Assembly (NCBI RefSeq): GCF_001194135.2
Contig: NC_069003.1
Location: 18,797,189-18,861,188, forward strand
Length of the DNA stretch: 64,000 nucleotides
Direction: 5' to 3'
Source: Octopus bimaculoides
Taxonomy: Eukaryota
The first letter of the stretch is position 1. Every line of letters starts with the position of its first letter. The notes beneath the pieces were generated by a model, which saw only the letters and a program-made list of their open reading frames with translations, searched no databases and was not told where the DNA came from. A program made the position numbers and the translations under genes. Shown here in pieces: positions 25,679-38,264 of the stretch.

Positions 25679-26197
25679 TAAAATAGTTGTATGCTGTTCA
25701 CTTAATGGTGACAGTCCCATGAAGAGTATAATACTACTGCTATTTAGCCCTAGGAAGCAGCACTGCTTCCTGTCAGCCGTGACACATTTCCTGTGTCTTT
25801 ATGTTTACAAGGGGGAGACAAGCACCTCCACTTAGCTAAGCCTGCATCCAGAGACATGTTTCTGAGTCTTTGCTCGTCATCAGTCTGGAGTAGCAATGAC
25901 CTGGTAGTTGGAGATGCCTGTCAAGCTCTTGTAAACATATAATAATTCTAGTGAAACACATTCACTGATTTCAAAAATAGTAATAATACATTTCTAAATC
26001 TTAGAATTATTATATGTTTACAAGAGCTTGACTTAGCTTAGCTAAGTGGAGGTGCTTGTTTCCCCCCTGTAAACATAAGGACACAGGAAATGTGTCAAGC
26101 CTGACAGGAAGTGGTGCTGCTTCCTAGGGCTAAATAGCAGTAGAATTATTCCCTTCATGGGACTGTCACATTAAGTTGACAACATACAACTACTTTA
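25679..26197. mobile_element. Fold-back non-coding element carrying a hammerhead (PLE-like inverted structure)
   Basis: Outer arms of about 160 bp (25679-25841 / 26036-26197), inner perfect 30-bp inverted repeat (25921-25950 / 26002-26031), hammerhead between them. Confidence 0.85.
25847..25889 (-). ncRNA. Type I hammerhead ribozyme motif, complete core
   Basis: Minus strand TCCAGA-CTGATGA-CGAG(CAAAGA)CTCA-GAAAC-AT-GTC-TCTGGA: perfect 6-bp stem I, GUC cleavage triplet, palindromic stem III (ACATGT). Confidence 0.85.
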
Positions 26198-28050
26198 TCG
26201 CATCACTGCTGCATAAATCTCTCTGAGAGATTTAGAAATGTATTACTTCTATTTTATATTGTTGCTGTTGTTTAACCTCAGGTCATATCTAATGGATTAA
26301 ATCTCATCACCAAAGGCTCTCCAACCATGACCATTATTTATCATTCCATTTTTCCAAGACACAGTGTGCCCCAGTCAGCATAATTTTGCTTTTCTCATCT
26401 GGCTTTAGTGGTATCCATTCTGTTGCAAGCTTGCAGGTTAGCTCTCTGGTTTGAGGATAACTTTCCCTTTGTCTTCCTTCTGGAAACAGCTATGGATGTT
26501 GCCCTTCACATCTAAGACATTGAAAAAACAAAAATGTTTTCTTAAATGATAGCATCATTTAAAAGATTTGGCTGCTATTTCTAGCATAACTGACCTTGTA
26601 GAGGCACCTTTGATTGATTGTATTTTCTAAACTGCTCCCTTCATTTTCTTGTTTATGGATGAAGTATTGGAGGCTGGTTTCAAGACTTCTGAACCTTCCG
26701 AAGAAGATGACAAAGGACTGAGATATCTGGCACTTTGTTGTACTCAAGAAGACTTGTCCATCACAACAGAATTGATAACAGTGCTGGTGCCATGTTAAAA
26801 GCACCCAGTCCACTCTGTGGAGTGGTTGGCATTAAGAAAAGCACCCAGCTGTAGAAACCATGCTAGAACAAACAATGGAACCTAGTGTGCCCCCCACCCC
26901 CCGGCCATACCAGCTCTTATCAAACCATCCAACCCATGCCAGCATGGAAAATGGAGGTTAAATAATGATGATGATGATGTTTTGGTTATTTTTTCATCCA
27001 TTACTGTGTGTCAAACAAGATATACATTCTGTTTCACCTGAGACTCTTCAAGAATCCTATGGGGTTTTTGATTACATTTGCACTTTTCTGTCAACCTATA
27101 TATGTGTATGTATGTTTGTATGTGTGTGTCTGTATTTGTATGTACAAATATGTATAGATTGGGTTAACTCTATATTGAAGGATTACTCAATACTTTTCAG
27201 TGGAATATTATATTTATTTATTTTTACAAAGAGAACATTGACAGTGACTTTGAAGTATCGATTCATTTGCCATCATCAAACTAATGTGGCTTGGATGGAA
27301 ATTAATTCTGAGGCAAGATTTTATGGTTGGATGCTCTTCTTGTCACTCACCCTCACCTGTTTTTTCAAGTAAAGGGATTTGTATGTTCCACAGGTACTTT
27401 GAAAGAGCAGAACTACCAATCCTAATCTCAACAAGGATTGTCAATACCTTGCTCTGCTTTGCTTAAATAGTAACACACAAAATATCAACATTTACACACA
27501 TTCGCTTAAATGCATGTAGGCTTAATGGTTTCCATCTCCTGATTCAAGTACAAGCTTTGGTCATCCTGGGGCTATAATAGATGACATTTGGTCATGGTGC
27601 TGTGCAGTGGCACTGAGCCTGAAAACACATGATTGTGCAGTGACTTCAAATTACACAGCCATACATACATCATATATATGTTTTCATTAAATGAACAAAT
27701 GATACAGTTCAATGGTAATGTGCTACCATGATCCTGGTAAGTCATGCATGTAATCTAAATTCAATTCGCAGCTGAACTATTTTGTTTCATTTACTCCCAT
27801 GATTTAAGCAATGGCCTCTCATGGCCTAGAACAGTGTGTGCTTCCAGTAAGTCAGCTTGTTGGTGACATACCACACAAAGCTGTAATCGGCTCTGGTTAC
27901 CCATATGTAATATTCTGCAACCGCTTAGTTGGGTACATGATCAATTACAGGGTAAATCATATTGGTTTACATTCTATCCTGTTTCTGTTTGTGGGTTGTG
28001 GTCACTTACATTCTATCAGGTTCAACACAAATTATTGAAATTTTACAGTG

Positions 28051-29215
28051 CCTGAAAAGATTTGTGATTTGTTTGCCTTCCTACTTACTAAGACTTCGGC
28101 TTTTGCTAGGTTAACTCTAAGGCCCTTCAATTCTAGACCTTGCTTCCACACCTGAAACTTCTTCTCTACTTCTCAGCTATTAGAGCAAGGTCATCAGCAT
28201 AGAGAAGCTCCCATGAGCAGCCTGTCTTGAATTCCTTTGTTATTGCCTGGAGGACTATGATGAGCAAGAGGGGGCTGAGCACTGATCCTTGGTGAACCCC
28301 TACATCTACTCGAAATTCTTCACTATAATCATTGCCAACCCTCACCTTACTGACAACATCCCTATATCTATCCACTCATCTATCAACCACTCATATATCA
28401 ACCACTCATCTATCCCCAGTTTCAACATTGATCACAAGACAAGGGATCGGGGGACCCTGTTAAAGGCTTTCTCCATGTCAACAAAAGCCAAGTACAAAAG
28501 TCTTGCAATTCAAAACACTTCAAGTCTTTGGTCCTCACAATGCAGAACATTGGCTAAGTAAACCTGTCTCCTAGCTTTCCTTTTGGCGATCTGACACCCT
28601 GCTATTACCACACTTCCATTCCTTCTATGCCTATTTCTTTTACCTAATGGCCCTGTGAACTACTTTGTTCCACCACCATGTCACCTTAAGTCAAGAGGGG
28701 ACTTTGCACCATCCACAGATCTGATCAATAGCTCTCAACAAGTTGTCCTGTAGGAACCTCCAGTTGTCCTCCACATTATGTGATGCTATATCCTCCTCAT
28801 TTTTGTCAAAAGCTTCAAGTAATACGTCTCTAAATCTCTGTCCATTCAGAGGTTCCTTAAGCTTCCAGACCCTTCTTTTCCACACTGGTTGTCTTCTGGT
28901 AGCCATTTAGCCCTGATCCTGAAGTCACTACCTACTGACCTATGTTGTGGGGTGCATTCTTCACCTGGGAAATTTTTGGTACTTATAAGTAGCCATCTTT
29001 CATTTCCTGGTGAGAATGTAGTCAGTCTGACTAGTGTGTCCACCAGACTGGTAGGTGAGTAGGGAACTCGCAGGTTTCCTGAAGTTAGTATTACAGATCA
29101 TAAGATCATTTACATCACAGAATTCCAGCAGCCTGGTTCTCTCTTCATTGCGGAAACCAAATCCATTGCCACCATGTACACCATGGAAGCTTCCTGGATG
29201 TTGCATGACTATCAT
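28051..29215 (-). mobile_element. RTE LINE remnant (APE endonuclease and RT pieces, internally deleted)
   Basis: RNEERTRLLEFC...NTNFRKP...QTDYILTRK (endonuclease); VGVHQGSVLSPLLLIIVL...LLYADDLALIAE (RT). Confidence 0.92.
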
Positions 29216-29485
29216 TGTATGATTGTTGTCATTGGTCAGTGGATAATTATTTTGTTGAGGTTTCAGGTTATCTGTAAATGGATGCTCTTCCTGTCACCAA
29301 CTCTTATCTGTTTCCAAGTTAAGTAATGTTTCCCCATAGCCAGATATGTTTTCCATGAAAGACCAGAAACAAATGGCACCACTTGTTTGATTGTGATGCT
29401 TATTTACGACCATCATGTGATGTTGAGACAAGGACACCTACACACTGACACTCACCCTCTCTCTCTCTCTATGTCTGTCTGTCTG

Positions 29486-29534
<49 letters not shown>

Positions 29535-29537
<3 letters not shown>

Positions 29538-29735
29538 CATCATCATTCTTTAACTTCTAATTTCCATGGTGGCATGTGTTGGATGGTTTGATGGCTTGGC
29601 CAGAGCTGGCAAGCCACAGAGCTGCACCAGGGTCCAGTCTGACTTGGCTTGGTTTCTACAGCTGGATGCCCTTCCTAATGCCGACCACTTTACAGAGTGT
29701 TCTGGATTCCTGTTATGTGCACCTGTACAAGGCCA
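29535..29735 (-). mobile_element. RTE 3'-UTR-type retroposon
   Basis: Same module as the UTRs at about 1318-1510 and 46100-46330; related copies at about 25150, 26790, 30745, 33405, 39770, 41150 and 62190. Confidence 0.8.
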
Positions 29736-29772
29736 ATCCCCTTCAGCAGCATTAACACTTCTATTGTGGAGG

Positions 29773-29820
<48 letters not shown>

Positions 29821-31079
29821 CATACGATGAGCTTCTCAATCAGTTTCCACCTACCAAATCCATTCACAAGGCTTTAGTGCTATAGTAGAAGATACTTGCC
29901 TTAGTTGATATGCAGCAGAACTGAGCCTGACACCATATGGTGTATCAAATTGGTATTAGGAACAAACTAGATAAAAGGTTGTTTAGCTAAGATTATGGTG
30001 GAAAGCTTTTCTATTTAAGTATGGCCACTTGAAATCAGCAGGTTTTGTGTGGAAGAACCAAAGACAACCCCAGACCAACTCCCTATGAAAAGAGTTACAG
30101 ACAGTCAAAAGAAACATAAACTTTCAATGTAAATCAATCTTCCGTTTCATCTGAGATAAGAGCTGATATCTTTAGCACTTCTCAACATGATATCAGTAGA
30201 GCCTAGCAAGGTCTCCTCCTTCATCTCTTTAGGTCTTGAGTGGTTTCTGAACCTGTTCTAATTTTTTTCTTTTTCTTTTCTTTCACAAAGCTAAATGAAG
30301 CGAAACCTATTTATCTCTTTGTTCTAACTACTACCCACCATTTATCACTAAGTCACCAATCCCAGCTTATCATTTCTTAGGTATGTTGAGGGTATTTCAT
30401 TGTTTCAATGATATATATTAGATGTAGCAAGACCCCCCCCCCACACACACACACACTGCCTGAATGAATGCAAAATAAATAAATAAAACTTCAATTATTT
30501 ACGTTGTTTACATTTGCCTTTAGCATAGGCAAACTTTAGGTTAGTTGAAGTATGTTTGGGACATATTTCAACTTTCAAAGGCAAATTTCACTGCACTTTC
30601 CATGGAGAAAAAAATTGTCTCTTAAGGTAGAAGCTGTAAAAACACCATATTTGTGCAGTGCTTCTCCACTGTTAGATTCTCGGATACTGTATTTCTAGCT
30701 CTTTCTTTAGCCATTATCAATGAGAAATACTGAGATATATATATCATCAGTTACCATCTGTTTTACCATGCTGGCATGGGTTGAATGATTCAGCAGGAAC
30801 TGACAGGCCAGAGAACTGCACCAAACTTCAATGTCTACTTTGGCATGGTTTATATGGCTGGTTGTCCTTCACAAAACTAACCACTTTACAGAATGTACTG
30901 AGTGATTCTTGTCATGGTACTGGCACTAGTGAGGTCACCAAGTAATTTGCAAGGTAAGACTCTAACACTGAGTGGAGAGGTAGTATTGAGGGAAGTAGCT
31001 TTATGGCATATACGTGTGTGTGTGTGTGTGTACGCATACAACACACACAAACACGCACACACACAAGTAGAACCAATAG

Positions 31080-31890
31080 TATGAATTGTGGAATTAACTC
31101 TCCTGGTAATTTTCCTGAACTATATTTTGTTACTTTGAGTAAAAGTAATTCTGACTGTAAAATTGCTACTGCCAATAATCCAGCCTTAACACCTACTTCC
31201 AAGAGGAAGATTGATACTAATTCCTTTAACCATGGGTACCATATACAAGTGAATAAATGCCTTTGTAATTTCAAAAACAAATTATCTGTCCTTTAGAAAA
31301 TCAGTGTTTCACCCTTTAGCATTTAAACTGGCCTTATCCAGCCAAAATATTCTACCTGCTTTATGTTCAAACTGGCCAGATGTGGCCTCTTACAACTACC
31401 CTATGACTTCATTCTAAAAATTAACAGTTACGTCTCCAAACTCTCAAACTTACAAGATGATGCATGATTAATTCAAAACAATGTGAATAAATAAGCATTA
31501 CTTTTGACAGAATAATGCGAATGCTAAAGAGTTAAGGAAGAATATAGTGTATCAATGGAAGGTCATAACAGGATTGTATGTATTATTTCCTACGTTCTCT
31601 GCTACAGTTTGGAAATCTAGATTATATAACCATTCTTCTTCATTTAAGTTTAGAAGAAAATTTAATTCTACAAATCTTAGTAAATGCATTTGTGTTTTAA
31701 AAGACAGGAACATTAATTATGATATAAAGTGGTCCATTATTAGTTATGCGCCATCATGCAATGCTGGTAATTTTAAATGTGATCTTTGCTTTGAGGAAAT
31801 GTTTTATGTAATTACTTCTAAATTGGTATTATTAGATTGTAGAAATAATTTTATTTTGAAATGTTCTCATAAATATAAAAAGCACCTAAA
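31080..31890 (+). mobile_element. Penelope-like element C-terminal remnant (Cys linker plus GIY-YIG endonuclease)
   Basis: Removing the MITE at 31312-31531 gives CNFKNK..CPLENQCLRKNIVYQWKV...RLYNHSSSF...NSTNLSK...NYDIKWSII...CDLCFEE...CSH, matching the PLE GIY-YIG family with a terminal CxLC/CxH motif. Confidence 0.8.
31312..31531. mobile_element. piggyBac-type MITE M1 inserted in the PLE ORF
   Basis: TTCA|CCCTTTAGCATTT ... AATGCTAAAGAG|TTAA. Confidence 0.88.
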
Positions 31891-32479
31891 TATTTCAATA
31901 GTAAATAACTCATTAACTATAATTGTTTTTACTATAATCTAATATGCATAATTTTTCTAAAGAAGTTTTAGTACATAGATAACTAATTCCCATGATACAG
32001 AATTTCTATGTTCATTTTTTTTATTCTTTCCTTATCTACTGACGTCATCAAAAGTTAAATACTATCTTTTCTTAGAATATCACACTTCGTCTTTATGTTC
32101 TTTTTTATATGTTCATCTATTAGAGATATTTTCTTAGTTCACTTTGAATTGAGCCCATTTTGGATTGCCTTAATAATGTGTTAACATATGTTTTCGGACA
32201 TATTAATTTGACTGATGCTGGCACAATAGAAACGATCATTAGTAATGTATGGTGTAATCATCAATTAAAGATGTGATTTTCTCTGTTCTTGTTCTTGTCT
32301 AATAATCCGAATTTCCTGAAATCCTTCTAAGTGATATTTGGATTCACTTGTCATGAAGAATTACCTTGGAATTTATTGGTATCTGATTGTTTGATTTAGT
32401 TAAATTTGTTTAACACTGAGTGCTTTCTAGATATCTGCCTGGATTTATTAATCCTTTTTATTTATATTCTTGTATTTTT

Positions 32480-32690
32480 GTACTTGTTTCAGTCATTTGA
32501 TTGCAGCCATGCCAGAGCACCGCCTTTAATTGAACAAATCAACCCCAGGACTTATTCTTTGTAAGCCTAGTACTTATTCTATCAATCTCTTGCCAAACTG
32601 CTAAGTTACAGGGATGTAAACACACCAGCATTGGTTGTCAAGTGATAGTGGGGGGACAGTTACAGACACACAAATAAATACATACATGCA
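32480..32690 (-). mobile_element. SINE family A 3' module
   Basis: Well-preserved match to 10585-10790. Confidence 0.8.
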
Positions 32691-32715
32691 CACACACACA
32701 CGCACACACACACAT

Positions 32716-33006
32716 TGTTGTTTGTTCCTTCTTGAGCTATGCCTGGATCATAAGGATGGGTTTCCCCATTTCATCAGTGTATAGGTTCCCCATCTAGATG
32801 GGAAGCCAGTCTGTCGCAGGTGAGCTGCTAGATGCAGGAGAAAAGAGTAAGAGAAAGTTGTGGCAGAAGTTTGCCATTTCCTTCTGCTAGAACTGCATAG
32901 AGCGTGGGTGTTTCACTCATAAACACACACACATCACCCGGTCTGGGATACGAACCTGCGATCTCTCGACTGCAAGTCTGCTGCTCTAACCACTAGACCA
33001 TGTGCC
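32716..33006 (-). mobile_element. tRNA-derived SINE, third family
   Basis: Minus-strand head GGCACATGGTCTAGTGGTTAGAGC...GGTTCGTATCC with A and B boxes, followed by a non-tRNA body. Confidence 0.75.
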
Positions 33007-33023
33007 TATACATACATACATAC

Positions 33024-33055
<32 letters not shown>

Positions 33056-33208
33056 ATAGAGATGTGTATGTGTATGTAGATGTATAAGTATATATATATG
33101 TGTATGTATATATATAATAAAAAGTAACAACAAAAGAATGACACCTCAATATTAGATAAATAGAGGGTTATGCATGTTATAATGTAGAATAAACAGTAAA
33201 AAGATGTC

Positions 33209-33253
33209 ATTATAGTACTCAGAGTTTCAAATACATTTTCATCAGCTATTAAT
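33209..33253 (-). ncRNA. Type I hammerhead ribozyme motif, complete core
   Basis: Minus strand ATTAATAG-CTGATGA-AAAT(GT)ATTT-GAAAC-TCTGA-GTA-CTATAAT; lies in a unit of about 180 bp between TA-rich microsatellites. Confidence 0.75.
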
Positions 33254-33297
33254 GGCAATAGACGCTATGAAAAACCATTGAATAAAAAGGAAGTTAC

Positions 33298-33348
<51 letters not shown>

Positions 33349-34565
33349 TATAATAGGGATATATATACATATAAGAGTATGTGTAGAAAAACTACCTTAG
33401 GCTACTGTGTCTGTTTTGGCAGGGATTTTTACGGCTGGATGCCCTTCCTAATAACCAGCCACTCCGCAGAGTGGACTCAGTGCTTTTTATGTGGCACTAG
33501 CACAGGTGAAGTTAGTTTTAGCATGATTTTTACAGCTGGATGCCCTTCCAAATGCTAACCATGTTACTGTGTGGACTGGATGCTTTTAAGGTGGCACCAG
33601 CATTGACAGGATAACCAAGTAATTCGCAAGACAGGGAATTATGAGAATTATATAATAAAGAGAAAATGGGTATGCTATTCAATGCTCTACCACCTCTACT
33701 TAGACATTCATTCCAACCCACTCCTTTCCTCTTATTACTCTTGTTTCTTCCCCACCCTAAGTTCTTCGTCCCCAGATTATTGGTTTTCTGAGACTCCCTC
33801 CTTGACTCATGTCTTGCCTGCAAGTATTGACTTACAAAGGTTCAAGAGGAAAATTAATGGTACTGTTTTTCACTAGTCTTGGAGGATCTGCAAATGTCAT
33901 TGGCTATTTCCCTTTTCTCCAGAGTTTTATAATTGTTTTAATAAATACTGGAGAAATATGGTGAATAACACCTGCATTGACCAGACAGTATTGTGATGCA
34001 TTTCATTAATGAATGTCTATTTCATCATGTGTGTGTGTTATTTGCTCTGTTTTTTTATTTTATTATAGAGCTTGATGCAATAAAGCTATAAATAAAAGCA
34101 TGTAAATACTAGGTTAAAAAAACCCTTTCAATCAAACACACACGCGCACACACACACACACACACACACACATATGTATGTATAATGGTATCAAAGAATC
34201 AATAAGTAAATTCCTGGTAAATATGCTCACTTGTGCATATGTAATAAACATACATCCAGCTTCGTTGTGTTTGGACCACAGGGTTCTCTCTCTGCAGAAG
34301 TGGTTTAACTGCAGGATCTATTTACACAGTCAGGATGTATGTGTGTTTATTAAGCGTGTGCATGTGAATTTATTCACAATATGTATATGTGTGATGAAAA
34401 AAAAATCAAAATTAAATAAAAAAAAAAATGACTTCATAAAGATCACAAATGTGTGATAGCTAAATGTTTCTTTTAGTTACTCATGCTTTTAGGAGCCAAA
34501 TGTTTGTTTATGGTAGAGAAAAGAAGAAAATTTGCTATTACAAACATCTATGTGCAGTATATATT

Positions 34566-34597
<32 letters not shown>

Positions 34598-35150
34598 CAT
34601 GGTGAGATTTGTACATATATGTACAAAAATGTGTTTATATCTGCGTTTGTATACATGCATATATATGTATATATATATATATATATGCTTATGTGTTCTG
34701 TTCATTTGTGTGTCTATGTGTGTATGTATCTATAGATGTATGTATGTATCTCTCTGTATGTGTGTGTATATATATAATTTTCTCTGACAATAGGAATTAA
34801 ACCTGAACCTGTTGAACTCAACTGACCACAATTATAGAACCGGAAACAATGCAGGTCCATGGTGTTTAGCCCAACATTGTTAATCATATATATATAAAAA
34901 AATATATTTATACACATACACATATATATGCACACATAAACCAATGGGCTATATCAGATTATCCTTTATTGAATTTTAAATCAATTTGTGTATGGAGAAA
35001 GAGAGGGTGGCAGAGGAGGAAGGGAGAAAGAGGAAGAGGAGAGAAGAAAGTTCTAGAACTCATGATTTTTATTTGTATAAACTTACCCAGGGAAGTTATA
35101 GCATTTGATGAGTCAAACAATACAGCAGAGGAGTATGGTGGAATACCTAA

Positions 35151-35350
35151 CCCTTTAGCATTTATACAAGCCATATCCAGTCCAAATATTCTACCAATTT
35201 TATGCTTAAACTAACTAGAATGAGCCTCCATTCTAAAAATAAATAATCACATCATCAAAACCTCGGAACTACAAGATAATGCATAATTAATTCAAAATGA
35301 TGTGAATGAATAAGCATTACTTTTGATAGAATAATCTGAATGTTAAAGGG
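35151..35350. mobile_element. piggyBac-type MITE M1
   Basis: CTAA|CCCTTTAGCATTT ... AATGTTAAAGGG|TTAA. Confidence 0.88.
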
Positions 35351-35934
35351 TTAAAGTAGCGTGAGAATTGGCTGCTCTTTCTAACACCTAAACTGACCAC
35401 ATATAGAAGATTCCTCATCAGCATCATCAACCAATTGGTTCTTCAGCTTTGACTTTTTTTGTTTGTCTTACTGTGATTTTGATGTGAATTGAAACCATTT
35501 GTTTGTTAACCAGGCAAATAGCAACAAGCAAAGTGTTGTTTGCCAGGGACTCTGTACTAAGAACACCATATGATTTGAACTCCTAACCTTGTGGTCTTAA
35601 GGCAGATTTTTGATTGCCACCTCATGAAGCACAATGTCTATAACAATACACTTTACTGCAAATACTAAACTTTGTTTCTTCAATGTCCCCCCCGCCCATT
35701 CTATCATAGGATGGATGAAGGCTTATTGTTGAAGCATTGTTTTACAGCTGGATCAGGATGCTCTTCCTGTTGCTAATCCTTAATGCTTTTGAAATGGGAT
35801 TTTTTTTTTAGCATACTTGTCTTCAAAAGTGCGGAGCTAATGGATGATTTATTGACAGTGGATTGTCCAGCTAACATCAGTATATTTGTTCGAGCAATTT
35901 CCTGCGAATATGTTGCGGAATGTAAACACACACA

Positions 35935-35966
<32 letters not shown>

Positions 35967-35990
35967 NNNNNNNNNNTGTAAACACACACA

Positions 35991-36031
<41 letters not shown>

Positions 36032-36053
36032 TTATATATGTATATATATGAAG

Positions 36054-36300
36054 GCACATATCCTAGTGGTTATGCTGTTGCACTCACAATCACTAGATCC
36101 TGGGTTCAGTTCCCAGACTGGGTGCCACATTGTGTTCTTGAACAAACCACTTTATTTCACATTGCTCCAGTCCCCCTTTTGATCAGCAGGGAATGTTGGC
36201 CTGCTCACCTAGCCAGCAGGTTGGCATCATTCAAAGGATAAAATGATACAAAACATATTGTGATCAGTGACATGTAACAACATCTAGTTGGTCATGTGAT
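36054..36300 (+). mobile_element. tRNA-derived SINE, fourth family
   Basis: GGCACATATCCTAGTGG...GGTTCAGTTCC head; body matches 49205-49435. Confidence 0.75.
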
Positions 36301-37668
36301 TTGTATATATATGGGAACCTAAAACCACATGTCTGCAAAGCAGAATTCTTAACCACACAACCATACCTGCACCTATAGCACATAGATTAAATATTCTGCT
36401 TGCTATTGAGTTAATGAGAGCAACCTTTACATGATCTCTCATCTTACTAAAACTAAATCTCTCTCAGACCACATACTCTACTATCATAAAAATAGAGAGG
36501 ACACATTTGCTAATATAGTCCAAGGTACTCTTATAAAGATGAAGTGGTCATGGTTGGAATGAGTGTCTTTGATCAGGGTTGACATAAGGCTACACAACAA
36601 CAGCTGCAATTAGCACAACCCCTTACAGTATTTCTTTTAGCTCCTTGTATATGAGTTCGAATTCCCACCAAGGTCAAGTTTTCCTTTCACCTTTCTAGGT
36701 GTCAATAAAATACAGTCCCAGTCTATGGCATTGGACTGGTGTTATTGTTAGAATGCTACATGACACACCCTGTAGTATTGGTTCTTTGTGTTCTGAGTTC
36801 AAATCCCACTGTGGTGGCCAATTTGGTTAGTAGAATTCAGTCCATTATCCAATTTAACACTAGTATCTGCCTGGGTGCATTTTAACCAAAGAATCCACTT
36901 TGTTTGCAAGCATTTGGGCCAGGTCTCTGATTGAGGAAATCTTCCCCTCTCTCTTTCCTTCCCACTTCTCTCGGAGACCCTGTAATGGGTCATGGACTCT
37001 GCCCTGCTCCCCACCAAAACAAAACTCAACCGAAAATCCCCTACTGTACTAACTTTGGTCATTCCATCTGTGATGATTGATAATCAGATAGTGAAGCAGT
37101 GGTCTGATACTTCTTTGTTTCCATATTACTGCCAATGGATGATAATATCTCATGTTTTGGAATAAAATATTAATAGAAATTTTTATACTCATTGCTTCAA
37201 GATTATTACGATACACACTCAAGTACCATCACACATGCACACGTGTGCGCATGTATATTGTCTGTAAAAGATTGTCATTCATAAGTGTTGCTGGCTCCCA
37301 TCTTCTGTGTGTAGCTTTGCTTTTAATCTGTCATATAGAATATATTGTCTCTTGTGCATGTTTTGAAACATGAATGAGTCACTGCTGGCTGTAGACTGAA
37401 AGAGGGTGGAGTCTTCCAACGGAACTCTAGTCCTTGATGATGGTAGTAATGGTGATGGTGGTGGGGTGACTGGGGATGGGGAGGGATAGATATTAGAGGC
37501 AAATGGTACAGGGAGGGTGGGGAAGGAAGGAAGGAGAAAATATAGTTAGTTCTGCATTAAAGGTGAAAAAAAGGGGGTAAAAATAACAACCCCCTATAAT
37601 AAAACAGCTGTTTAGCTGTAAATTTTCTTTTTTGTTGTATTTTAAACTTCTGTAACGTGCTTATAACC

Positions 37669-37723
<55 letters not shown>

Positions 37724-37941
37724 CCTCTCTCTCTCTCCCTCTCTTTCTCTCTCTCTTTCTTTCTTCCTCTCTCTTTCCTTGGTTTCTTCAGTCTTGCTGT
37801 AATTGGATTAAAAAATATTTGTCTGGAGACAGCACAGAATTTATGGAAATGGAAATAATGACTGTTTTTCAAATTGTTAAACTTCTATAGTTTTGTTGTT
37901 CTCTCAGGTCAACAGCCCCTCACAGAACAAAGCTATGATTA

Positions 37942-38264
37942 TTAACCTTTTTGATGCTAATCTGTCTCAAACGGCCCCTTAGACCTATGGTATAACCTCC
38001 TTGTTTTGAAGTTATCTAAATTTAAATCTTCCATCAAAATTTCATATTAGCCCTTTTGTTACCATATTTCTGTTGAAATACAATGCCTTTGTTTCAGATT
38101 TGAAAATAATGAAGAATTTCATAAAATATCTTTGTCATTATTAAGTTTGTGTTTGGAACATAAATTAACGTGAAATTTTAATAGAGGGTTTTGAGATCAC
38201 CTTGAATCAGGAAATTTGTATCATAGAACTTGGAGCAAAATTGATTGGGTTGGTATCAAAAAAG
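37942..38264. mobile_element. MITE M2 inserted in opposite orientation into another M2
   Basis: M2 half (37942-38050) followed by a full M2 starting CCCTTTTGTTACC at 38051. Confidence 0.75.

Noticed and set aside
32212-32237. CTGATG...GAAACGATC downstream of the PLE ORF remnant
   Set aside because: The position fits a decayed pseudo-LTR hammerhead, but core A9 and the stems are missing, so it is not called.
32937-33006. tRNA-like sequence with A and B boxes
   Set aside because: No acceptor stem closure and it continues into a SINE body; it is a SINE head, not a tRNA gene.
37463-37485. G-quadruplex-forming motif (another at 40702-40726)
   Set aside because: The pattern is real, but nothing in the context supports a function.
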